DNA of 64,000 nt from Paramecium tetraurelia (lineage: Eukaryota). The notes under the pieces are model-generated. The model saw only the letters and a list, made by a program, of their open reading frames with translations, was not told the DNA's origin and searched no databases. A program made the position numbers and the translations under genes. The stretch's first letter is position 1, and the number at the start of each line of letters is the position of its first letter. Below are positions 38,968 to 52,018 of the stretch, in pieces. Where the stretch lies: assembly GCA_000165425.1 (NCBI GenBank), contig CT868174.1, positions 372,001-436,000 on the forward strand, written 5' to 3'.

Positions 38968-41900
38968 ATGTTATAAATCGAAGTTATTTGTTTTGGATTA
39001 GCCATTGAAGTTGAGAGACTTTAAGCACTTACACAATAACTCTAATAGGACATTGCTCAAGCTAATCAACTCAATAAAGTTCATCTGAACACAATTGATT
39101 AAAATAGTATTCATATCCAACATCTAACCAGAAAACTAGATGAACTCAAAAGAAACAAAAATCAATTAGATTCAGATTATAATCAATTGAAATCACAACA
39201 TGATTACGTTATTGATATTATTTCGCAAATTACAGGTGATGAGTTGACCTTAGAAGAATTGACTGAATTAATTGAAGAGCTTAAAAGAAGATCCCTCAAA
39301 TATGATGAAATCCAAGAACTCCTCAATGGACAAGATATAAATGAGATTATTTCTAACTCAGAATAGTTAATAATCTAGCATAATATTAACCAAGAATTGA
39401 AAGATTAATTAGAGCAATATCCCTAAATTGTTATAAGTCTAAATCAAGATATTTAAAAACAAAAACTAGAAATCTAAAATCAAAAATTATAAATAAATCA
39501 ATTAACACAATAAAATTCGTAACTTGAAGTCCAAATTGCTTCATCATAATCAACATTGGATTAACGCCAAAATTCTAATTAGCTTTTTCATTCCACTCAG
39601 TTAAATTAATAAGAATAAAATGAAAAATAGTTAATTGAATTAAAGAATAAAGTAATCTCTTTAGAACAATAAAATAAATGGTTGAATGAAGAAATGTAAT
39701 CTATTTCCAATCTTAAAATCCAAATTGAAGGCAAACTTAGAAATTCTCTCCTAGATTAAAATAAACTGTTATCTGAAAAAGAAAAACTCGCCAAAGAAGC
39801 CTTCTATTTAGTTAGCATATCTAATAACTTCAAAACACAATTACAAAATAAATAAGCTACCATTGAAGAACTTACAAATGAAATATCATCACTGTAGAAT
39901 TAAATCAAAAACAAAGATGATCCTAATGAAGCATTATTAAAATAAAATAAGGACTTAGAAAGTTTTAAATAATAAGAGATTAACAATTTGAATTAGGAAT
40001 TATCATATAAAACTCAAGAAATCTAAGAAATAAGTCTTTAAAATTTAAGGTTGAATGACGAAATAGAAAAACTTAATGAATAACTTAAAAATTCTTTAAA
40101 AGTATCTCAACATTCTAAAGAATTCTCTCAATAAATATAAATAATACAAGATAAATTAATTTAGAATAAAAATATTATGTAAATGCAAGATAACCATTTA
40201 TAACTTTTACAATAATAGTCAATGAATGATAAAAAAGAATTATAATAACATTACGTAGGAATTATTGATAAATTAAATGGAGATAATTTCAAACTCAAAT
40301 CATAATTAGATGAATCATAAAATAAAATTAACAAATTGGAAGATCAATTAGTAGAAGTCTAAAGTGAATTTTAAGAAATTAAAGATCTCTTAGATTCCAA
40401 ATAAGTTGAAATACTTAAATTAAGTATTATTAATAAGAAGATCTAAGAATCTAATGAAAAATATCTTCAGCAAAATTAAGAGTTAGAAGAATAAAATAGA
40501 CAATTATAGTTTAAATACAGCTCTTCTTAAAAAAGTAATCAAGAAAGCTCTAGATCATCATCAGATTATGTGAAATCATAAATTTTGGATAAATTAAAAT
40601 CAGAAAACTAATATTATTTATAAGATAAATATAAATTAGAGTTATAAAATTAAGAATTGCTCGACCAAATAGCTTCAATGAAATCTGAGATAAATAAATA
40701 TTAGATATAAATAACTAATTTAACTGTGTAAGTTGAAAATGCGTAATTTCAATATGCAAATGAATAGAGTAAAGAAATTAGCTCATATAAATAATAACTT
40801 TAATAAACAACTAAATAAATAAATTAATTATAACAGAGGACAGAACAACAAACTCTAACTATCTAATAATAAAATACAAAAATTCAACAGTTTGAAAATG
40901 ATTATTTCTGCTGTGAAGAAAAATTTAAGCTTTAAATTCTATAAATTTAGGAAAAAGAGTTTTTTATAAGAGAGTTATAATAAGAATTACACCTATATAG
41001 CAATTAAATTAAAAAAATGGAAAAAGAATTAAATATATTATAAATTGATAATGAAAATAAAATCTAAGAAAATAATGATCTCACAAAATATATTGATAAC
41101 TTAAGAACGGAATCAAAATTCAAAAATGAATAGATTAATACTCAATAATTACATGAAGTTAATATTTATAATAGTGAATTGCAGATGCAAATTTAGTAGT
41201 TAAATGAATAAATTTCTTAAAAATGTTAGCTATTAGAATAAAAATGCCAGTTGATTGACAAATTTAATTTGAAAATTATGAATCAGAATGTAGAAATATG
41301 TTAACTGAAATAACAATTAACAATTCAATAAAAACAAATTAGATAATTTGAAAACAACCTTTAAACTTCTGAATAAATAGTTGAAATAGAATAAATAGAT
41401 AATAAGAAGATGAACGAGATCACTTAATTAAATATTAAATTGAGTAAAGTTATTGATGAAAAAGAACAAAAAATACTTTAATTCTAATAATAATTATAAG
41501 TAAAACAAGATAAACTTTAGGAAATGGAATAAATTCATTCAAAAACTATAACTTAGTAAACTGAATAAAAATCATTGTTTTAATCTCGATCAAATTAATT
41601 TTTAAAGTCTAAAATATCTTCTGAAACTCTCTTCTCATAGAATATTGAAGATGATCCTTATCAAAAACTCTTAATATTATAAAAAAAGTATAATGATATT
41701 CTTAAGGAAAATTCAAACTTAATAATTAATTCCCATTTAATTGAAGATTATAAAAACAAAATTGCTCTCTTGTCTTTGGAAGTTTCTAGATATCATAATT
41801 CCTAGAGAGGATTGTTAAATTCAAGAGAAAACCAAAAATAGGAAGATAATACTACAAACAAAACAAAAAGTTTGAGTTAAGATAAAGGAAATAATATGAA

Positions 41901-42069
41901 AACACAACAGTATATTGAAAAGAGCAATAAAGAATGTGATTTATATTGCTTGATAGTGTTATTGTTTGCAGAAATTGAATCTCTAAGAGCATAAGATGAT
42001 CAACAAAAAATGATAGATAAATCAAAAGTGTAAAGAATTATAGATTATTATCGTTAGAAGCCTTAATGA
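38968..42069 (+). CDS. Long coiled-coil protein (1033 aa, Gln/Glu/Lys-rich)
   Basis: Intronless TGA-free frame of 1034 codons; related motifs LAIEVERL, KIALLSLEVSR and LLFAEIESLR. Confidence 0.85.
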
Positions 42070-42191
42070 TAATTATATATATTTATTAATAATACTTTAT
42101 TATTTGTAATTAATTTCATTAAATAATTATATTATATATATTAAATATTCTTATAATGTCCAAATATTTATTATGATTGTATATCATTAAT

Positions 42192-45100
42192 TCATGAAAA
42201 TAATTTGCTGTTTGCAACTTTGGGTTATTTTTTGTAAGAGACTAATTTCAAAACCCATTTGATTTTAAGAAACAGTTGTTTTGCAAAAATAATTCCGAGA
42301 CACAAAATCAAAAAGGCCATCTAAATAAAACCTAAAGTAACTTTGCTTTCATAAGAAATAGAAAATTGATTAAAAATGCTGAAGTATGGGAGTAAGCTTA
42401 AGCTAAATACTGCTAAAACACCTTCAACTATTAAGAATATAATTCTATCAAATTAAGAACATAATTTATATTTATAGATTATACAACATTAAGTTATACT
42501 GCTAAAAGATATTAGTAAGCATTGCAAAATTTATTATTCTTAGAATAGTATTAATACTATATGGAAAAAGATGGTTCTGGAAATATCTAAGGCAATAAAT
42601 TTTAACTCTAACTTGGTGATATGACTTTTTTTTTGATTGCTGCATAAACTAAAAGATTTTAATAATAAGTTAATGAAGGTGATAAATATTAAAGTTGCAA
42701 AAATGTTAGTTAAAATGCTTCTAAGATTATCTATTTGACTATAATGCAGTTACAAAATCACTTTAAATATTAAATCCCATGAGTTAACGTAAATAAGTTG
42801 TAGAATTTTATCATAATTCTAAAGATATCTTAGCTTCATTAATAATTTTAAGAAACTTTTACAAATTAGTATTACATTAATGATGACAATAAAAATCTTT
42901 TATATAAAGATTTTTTGATCTAAAAGAATTCCAAAATATTTTCTTAATCTATATAATATATTGAACAGATTTTTGGCAAAAAAAAGGATTGTTACCAATA
43001 CTAAACTTTAAATTAATTGAGGTAAAATATTAGTAAAAATATCAGCATCTACATTATATTATTAAAATTTCTCACTTAAATCAACTTATTTTTCTTTTCT
43101 TGTTATTTTATTAACAAAATCATCAATTTAAAAAAAATGTAAATATGATGATATAGATAGCAATTCTTATGCTTAAAAATATATGTAGAGGTTTTCAGGG
43201 TAGTCAACGTTAATAAATCTTAAGAAAGATTAATATTACAATAAATTCAAGGTTTCAACCACAAGAGAGCTCTCACCAGAAACTAAAGAAATTACACATA
43301 TTGATATGGCTCCAATCATAAATGCTTTATTAGATTTTTAAACCTAAATCGATACTTACCTTAATTTTTCAGACATTAATTTTGGTGTTTATAAATTAAT
43401 TGACTAATTAGGATTAAAAAGAGTTTAATTATTTGAGTTAACAATTTCTTGATTCAACTAAACTAAAAGAACTGGTTTTGTTTAAAGTTGTACAAATAAT
43501 TCAATTTAAACCTAATACTAAGCATGTTAAAGATCAAATGAGATATCTTAAATCGAATTGATCTTGAGTACCTTATAATACTTGGAATCTAAGTCGTTAA
43601 TGCTTATGTCAAATAAATTTTTGTCTTTTTAAACCTAATCACTAAATTTGACTTCTTAATCAAATGTAATCTCTACATACTATAGAGCATAGAATTACAT
43701 TTTATAAGTAAGTTTCATACTAGGTTTTTTAGAGTATGCACAATAATATTCACAGCATATCTTATGTTCTTTTAATGACAACCATTCTGGATTTTAATCC
43801 AAATTAAATGTATTGTTATTGCTTGTATGATTGTTTTAAGTTTCTTCAATATTGCTAGAGTTAAGGTCATCATTTTCTATATTTAACAAGCATTAGCTGT
43901 TTTATAAGGTATAGTCATTATCGCATAAAAAACATTCCCCTTGGTTGCATAATTGACAATATTTAGTACATTAAAATTTGCATTTATAACATCCATCATA
44001 AGGAACATCATTCTCGTCATCACAATTTTCATTGCCTGCAACAATACCATCTCCACATTAAGTAAAACAATCATTACTATAATTATCATAATACAATCCT
44101 ATTAAACCTTCACATAATGTTAGTTATTCACAAATACTTTTTGATTGTACAAGTACTAAAGGTGCTTAACATAGTTTACACTTTCCAAATTAGCAATCTA
44201 AACATTCCATTTGACATTAATATTTACACTAGTAACAACCATCATATTTCAAATCATTGCCATCATCACAAACTTCATCGCTTGCTAGTATCTTATCACC
44301 ACAAACAGAATTGCATGAATTACTTACAATATCCAAATAGAACCCTGAAAAGCAATTAGTACAAACTCCATAAGCACAGGACTTACAATATTGAGGACAC
44401 TAGAATTTACAATTTAAACAAGTGTCTAATTAGTATTCACTTCCATCGTCACATTCCTCCTCTTAAACTATAATACCATCTCCACATTTAGGCATACAAT
44501 TATTACCATAATATCCAAATTCACATTTTAAACATTTGTAAAGCACACATTTTTTACAATTTTTAGGGCATTTATTCATATTATAATCAATTATACATGT
44601 GTTGGTAAATGAATCAAGATATCCATGTTAACAAAATATGCATTTGTTATTATTTAATATTTTACAATTAGGCTATTCATTAATTGTAAGCAAGGGTTGA
44701 ATTGGTTTACAAGAATTACTTAATTAATCCAATTGGTAATTAAGTTAACAAGATTGACATATTCCATTCAAGCAATTTTCACAATGCTGAGAACACTAGT
44801 ATTTACATTAGAAACACCCATCAAAATTAGTTTAATTTCCGTCATCGCATTCTTCATTTCCCACAACAATTGAATCTCCGCAAATTGGATCACAAAGGAA
44901 TAAGCCCAATTTCCACCCTTCTTTACATTCAAAACAAACACCATCAATACAACGTGTACAATTAACATCGCAAGTTTATTCACAATTATTGTTACAACCA
45001 TCATCATTAAATAGATTCTAATCATCACACTATTCCATATCTTCTAATATTCCATTTCCACATTGTGAAGGAAAATTGAAATCCTATTCACTATCCATTT

Positions 45101-48100
45101 TTATGCAAATGAAAAATTCATTCAAGAAATAACCGCTGCTGCATAACTTACATACACCTGAAACACAATTAAGGCATGTGTCTTCACATTTTGATAAGCA
45201 TTTATTCTCAACCAAATTAAATTCTTAAAGACATTGTAAACATTCTCTATATATACATTAGATACAATTAACATCACATTCATGTCTACATTAATAGCAA
45301 CCATCAAATTTTTCATTGTTTTAATCATCGCATTCTTCCCATCCAGTTACATATCCATCACCACATGAAGTTTAGCAAATCTATAACTCTTAACTCAAAT
45401 GCAAACTCATTTAACATTGCTATATTAAGGAGCATTTATCCTTATAAAGTTCATAATTTTAGGCACATTAAAAGCATTAACCATTATAACAATGCACACA
45501 ACTTTCTTAACATCTAGGAATACAATCTCCATACTCATTTAATTAAGAGTCTTCCTCACAAATTAAACATTCTCCATTTAAGTTAAATTAACATTCTGGA
45601 AATACATCAATTTCGTTTTGTTTTCCATAACAAAATCCATCTCTAAGTAAATGATTTAAATCACATTATTAACATAATCCTTTGATACAATTTATACAGT
45701 GTTAACTACAAGAATATTTACAATAATAACAACCATCAAATTCGATATAATTATCATCTTCACAGTCTTCATCATAAACTATTATTCCATCTCCACACTA
45801 AGATTCACAAGCATTATTATAATAATTAAAATAATATCCGTGTTCACATTCAGAACATTGATCTTCAAAATATAATTTACAGAATTTTGGAGCATCAAAC
45901 ATGCAACTTAGGCAATTTTGATCATAAATTTCACATTGTTCATCATGTGTTAATATGCCATCTCCACAAAGTGAAATACAATAATAATTATCATTTAAAT
46001 AATAACCATTTTGACAATCGATACAATTATTTTCATTACAAGATGTACAATAATCAAAACAATAACTACAATATAAATCTGGAGATAATTTAAGTTAGTA
46101 TTGACAAAAACTCAATGGTGCTACTATTAAATTACACTTCTAGTCAGCATTTTCAAAATAGGCATAATCTTCACATTAAATACAAATATTCCCAATTTAT
46201 ATAAGACAGTTTTCTATTATCATTAAATTATATTATAGAGAGTTAACACAATATTATTTGTTTGAGGATAAATCATATCCGTCATTACATTGGTAACATA
46301 TACCAAATTAACACAATTAGCAATTCAAATCACAAATAAAATTTACAGGATTAACAATTTTGATAAATCTGTATTGAAGAGTTAATATCACATTATTCAT
46401 TATTTTTCTATAGACCATCTCCACAGATAGAGTAACATTTAGATTATATTAATTAATAACCTTCTTAACAATTATAACAGATTCCTTAAAGACAATAAAG
46501 ACAAGAGTCCTAACAACTAAATTGACAAAGATGGCATCCGTCTCCAATAATAAAATTACCATCATCACATTATTCATCTTAAGTTATTATTTTATCACCA
46601 CAAATTGAATAACATAAATTATCAATTCTATTGTAACCACTTTTACATTATAGACAACCAAGTCCAGTTGTACTACAAGTGAGACAAGAAGATTAACATC
46701 TTGCTTAACAATTATTACAACCTTTATATGGTAGTATAAATGAGTTCTCGCATTCTTCACCAACCACAATCATAGAATCTTCACAAATTGGCTTACATAT
46801 TTTTTGATCAGAAAGATAATATCCAGTAGCGCATTCTTCACATCTATCGTTTATACAACTTGTGCAAATAGTTGTTGGCTAACACTAAAATTAACAAGAG
46901 CTACTACAACCATCGTAACTAAATGTATTGCCATCATCACATTGCTCATAGAAGAATCCATAAGGATCTACTACAACTAAGCCATCTCCACATACATTTT
47001 CACAATAGTAAGATTTAGGATCAAAACCCAGGGAGTGCACAACTTAAGCATGTGTTGGTTGTATAATCACAAGATGAACAACCAATTCTGCAGAAGTACT
47101 TACAATCTTTGCACCCATCCGTATCAGAAGTGTTTCCATCTTCACATTGTTCACTTCCAATTATTAGCCCATCTCCACATTTTTCTTTACATTACCAAGG
47201 AGTAATTAAAGGATCAATATACCAACCTCCAGTTGCACACTCAAAACATAGTCCTCTTATACACTTTGAACATGCAGGTTAGCATTAATTTCCTACAACT
47301 TGAAAACATCCATCATATTAAATGGTATTGCCATCTTCACATTCTTCTATTCCTGTAATGATTCCATCTCCACAAACATCAGGACAAGGTAAAGTAGTTA
47401 ATAAATCACAAGTTACACAATAAGCTGGACATTGAAATTAACAATTATAGCATAAGTCATTAAGGATTGTATTATTATCTTCACATTATTCATATCCTTT
47501 GATTTATAAATCTCCACAAATAGGTTGACATTCTCCAGATACTAATTGAAATCCAGTATCACAAGAACTACAAGTTATTGTATGCCATATCAATTAATTA
47601 TTATTACACAATTTATGACATTCACTAAGAGATGGATCTTCTGTAATTGGACAATCTATAATATGATTATGAAATATACTTGTACAAACATTACTTAATT
47701 CATAATAACCAGGTGCACAAACACATTTTAACCCTTTTAATAATCTATTTAAAGTAGAATTACATGTTAAACAGCCGTCAATTGTGGTTCTAAAGCATGT
47801 TAAGCATGATGAATGACAAGATGAACAAGTTTATGTTGCAAATTAATAAGACATCCCTGTTGGACATCTACACGTTGATCCTACTTTTTCAATATTAGGA
47901 ATAGCATTGCATGTTAAACAGTCATCAGATGTTGGTCCAGTGCAAGTTTTACAAAATTAATGACATAGCTAACATTTAGGATCTGAAACAACTGGATAAT
48001 ATCCATCAATACAATTACATTACCCATTTGACAATTGTCTATTATTAATAGTCAAGCATTCTATACAATTAGTAGAACTTAAACATTAATTACATTCAAT

Positions 48101-50339
48101 AGGACAATTAAGACATTAATTTGAATCTTCATATTAATTCACTTTGCAGAAACATCCTAATTTAGATTAGGTATAAGTTGGTTAACATGTTTAACAATCT
48201 AATTTAGATGTACAAGTTAAACAAGATGATGGACAAGTTAAACATCTAACAGATTCTTTATCATAATATTGATTACTCTAGCATTCTACTTAAGAAAATT
48301 TAACTATATTAGAATCATAAGTGCTGTTCCATTAAGTACATGTAGATTAATCTGAACATTATAAACAATAAGGTTAGCAATTATGAACAGCAATATAATA
48401 ATTATAGTATGCACAATATGCCTTGATTGGTTCATTATTTGGACCAAAGCATTCCCAAGTTATTGTTAATGTATTTGCATTATGGTTGATTCTTTCATAA
48501 ACAATTTAATATTTTGAACCATCAAAATTAGAGTAATGTTAATTTGCAGTTGATTTAGTGACTGGTGTATTACTCTCAATTGTATATATAAACTTCCCAT
48601 CTGAAGGGAATGAAGGTCCATATAAAATATAAAATGCAATAGTAACACTGTGATGTGGATTGATTATATTATGAACCCTTTAGAATTTAGCTTATGCCCA
48701 TACAAAAGGTCCTCCAAAGACTCTAAATCTATACCAATATGAATAATAGATATCTGATCCACTTAAAAGGTTTGATCCACTTTGAGAGATTAAAGTATAT
48801 TTTCCATAGTATTCTGGATCACCTTCTAAATCTAGATATTCTTAAACTAAATATTAAGAATCTATATATAATATAATATGATACAAGGTGTTTCATCATC
48901 ATAATCATAGCAATATGAACCACTCAATCTCTAATATGGATATGAGCAACTGCTTACGCAACTACCATCTCGATAAAAATAGTAACCTATTTCGCAAGTC
49001 TTACATTTAAATGATACTTCACACAATTCACAATATTAAGAGCAATATCCTGAAGTAATATCGACGTGAGACATTCCCCATCCTGATGTACCATCACTAA
49101 ACTACAAAATGATATTTACGTATAATTTCCTATTGCTGAAAATAGAAACGCATATTTCGGAATGTCAATAAATGAAATTAATTCATATCTTACAGTCAAA
49201 TACGAATATGTTGAAGCTGTTCCAAAGATATAAATAGAGGAGATTTTTGAATTATGGGTTTGAATTCCAGAAGCATTTCTATAAATAGATCCGTAATAAG
49301 TATTGTTAATCTTAAACTATATTCCACAATTAATTGGAATTTCATTATAAAGCATAATTGTTATTTTCAATCCTATCAAAAAAGTGGAAGAAGAATAAGT
49401 AGACAATGAGTCGAAATATCTATAAACTCCAGAATTATACTTTAATACTCCTAATGCAAATAAATAAATATTAATAGCAGTTGGAGTTGTATCAACATGT
49501 TATGGATCATATATTAACGACCATTTGAAAATTTCATTACTATAGATTGAATCAAAAATATAACTACTTATTATACGGACAACTAATATTAGTTAAAGAT
49601 ACATACTTGGATAAAATTAACAAAATCCATTATAATATAATGGAGACGTGATATCACAAATGTCTCTGCATCCTTCCTCCTTCCAATAGTATTAAATTGA
49701 TGGACAAGGTGGACATTAATTATTTGTTTGGATCCCATAATAGCAGCTTGTACATTAATTGTATTTTGGACCTGTGCATGAATTACATGATGGATAGCAT
49801 TTTAATCTTGAGACAAAGATATTTCTAATCGAAACTAAACCTGCATCTGTATTAGAGGATGTAAATTTCATTCTAGCATAAGTACTACCTTCTGCTATTT
49901 GTAGTGTAAAATTTAAAGTTTTAACTTCAAAAGGAGTAGCATCACAAAATCCAGTTGTCAATAGATAAGTGGTAGGGGAATTATAAATATATGAATAAGA
50001 AAATGATCCTAAGGTAAATTAAACATTTTGAGAAGACCATGTACTCTGAAAATATAAATCCATAGATATCCAATCCTAATCATAGAATTATGGATTTATA
50101 TAATTTAGGGCAGATGGAAAGGAATTACTTAAAGTAATATAGCTTGTGGGAGGAGTTGCACAAGTGATAAAATTTGCAGATGCTTAGCTTGAAGGCAATA
50201 TAAAATATCCTGAACTTGAGCTTGGTTCAGCGCTCGTGGTAAATATCCAATCATTATCTAAGTACTTTTCCTTTATTTTCCATTAGCAATTTGAAGTATC
50301 AAGCAAGGTGAATAGGATGTAAATGATAATAATAGGCAT
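42192..50339 (-). CDS. Giant Cys-rich surface protein, copy 1 (~2700 aa): signal peptide, three beta-rich domains, furin-like and Myxococcus Cys-rich (DUF4215-like) repeats, multi-pass C-terminus; two apparent +1 insertions
   Basis: MPIIIIYILFTLLDTSNC signal; many CGDG...E(Q/E)CDD.N....DGC repeats; C-terminal hydrophobic helices after LLQYQSFLRFINVDYPENL; two 23-nt introns; the frame closes to 2700 codons only after removing one A at 47023-47026 and one at 46338-46341. Confidence 0.85.
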
Positions 50340-51479
50340 AAATAAATAATAGAGTTATTTATAAGAATTTAAAATATTAGAATAATTACGATCCTAAAAA
50401 CAAAGTCAAATGAAGTTGACTATAATTTACCTATTAGAATGAATTTACCTAGTAAATAATACATTTGGAAAATTATAGTAATATAAATAAGGATTCGATA
50501 ATTATTATAATTATATTGATTTAACTTTTATATATATATAAATATATTATTTATAGTATTAATTTTGCAATAAGATATATGAAACACAAAATGAGAGATT
50601 CAATCTCTTAGATAAGATTTTCAAGATAACAATATCTTTTAACAATTTATAGTAAAAATAATGTACAATTAGAGAGTATATCTCTTTTTTGCTCTGTAAT
50701 ATCGTGTTGTTAATTGGAACTGCATATTTTTCAAAGAGTATAAAGATTAACATATTAATAATCATTAAAATGAACATTGCAATCAACCAATTTTAGGGCA
50801 TTTAACAATCTTGAAAATTGAAAATCAACTAAAATATATTTGTGTATAATACCTTAAAAATATCTTCAGCTAAAAATTCAGGATGTTATGAAAAGAAAAA
50901 TACATAAAAATTAATTATAAAAGAATGATTAAAACATAAGTAAATCGAAAGTTTAAATAAAATTCTCTTCTAAATGGTTTTCCAATTGATATTAAGGAAT
51001 ATTTCTAGTTTTCCTGTTGCTATTATAAATTATATATAGACTCTTCATGATATTTGTCTTATTCCTTATATCATTAAAAAGAGGAATTACAAATTAAATA
51101 GTAAATAAAGTGGATTGGAAGCTGCTTATTTATTACTTTTGAGTTATTTCTAATAAATTTTATATTTTGTTTTTAAGTAAAAGCTGGAATAATAAATAAA
51201 TATTTGAGTTAGTATGAGGGATAGCTGCGGTTTTCACTTTCCATTATGAGTTTTAGAAATAACAAAATAGTTTTAATTTTGTTGGATTTATTTTAAATAT
51301 TGAATAATTTTACCATTATTCATTATCCAAATTTCTAAATATTCATAATTCTGAAGATAAGAAATTCTTTCAAAAATAAATTATTTAGCTTTTAGTTTAG
51401 GAAACTTCCCAATCTAGACTTATTTACTTTTAAGTTGATTTTAATGAAGTTAAAGGGATAATGTAGTGCTTGTTATAGT

Positions 51480-51960
51480 TATAAGTATCATAAATAAACT
51501 TGAGGAAATGGAATAAATCCATTGAAAAAATATTGATCGAGATTAAATGAATAAAATCATTTTAATATCGATCAATTAAATTTCAAAATCTGAAGTATAT
51601 TCTGAAACTCTCTTCACATTGAGCATTGAAGTTGATCTTTCTTAAAAATTCTAAGCATTATAAAAGTATTATGATATTCTTAAGGAAAATTCCAACTGAA
51701 TAGTTCATTCCCATTAAATGTAAAAGTATAAAAATAAAGTTACGCTCTTGAATTTGGAAGTTTCTAGATATCATAAATTTTAAAAAGGATTCTTAAATTC
51801 CAAAAGAATTATAGATAGGATAATAAAACTATAAAATAAACAAAAAGTTTGAACTAAGATATAAGAAATAATACGAAAACACAATAGTATATTGATAAGA
51901 GCAATAAGGAAAGTGATTTATATTGCTTGATAGTGCTATTGTTTGCAGAAATTGAATCTC
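51480..51960 (+). pseudogene. Decayed duplicate of the 3' end of the coiled-coil gene (homologous to ~41500-41985)
   Basis: Shared strings gaggaaatggaataaat, tctgaaactctcttc, ttggaagtttctagatatcata, tgatttatattgcttgatagtg, ttgtttgcagaaattgaatctc; contains indels and TGA. Confidence 0.85.
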
Positions 51961-52018
51961 TATTATAATATTAAAATTTAATAAAAGTTTAAACATTTAT
52001 TATGATTAAATATTTAAC

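Noticed and set aside
43900..47600. Periodic ccatctccaca motifs as a CRISPR-like or DNA-level repeat array
   Set aside because: They encode CGDG of the protein's Cys-rich repeats, with irregular spacing and synonymous variation; the context is eukaryotic
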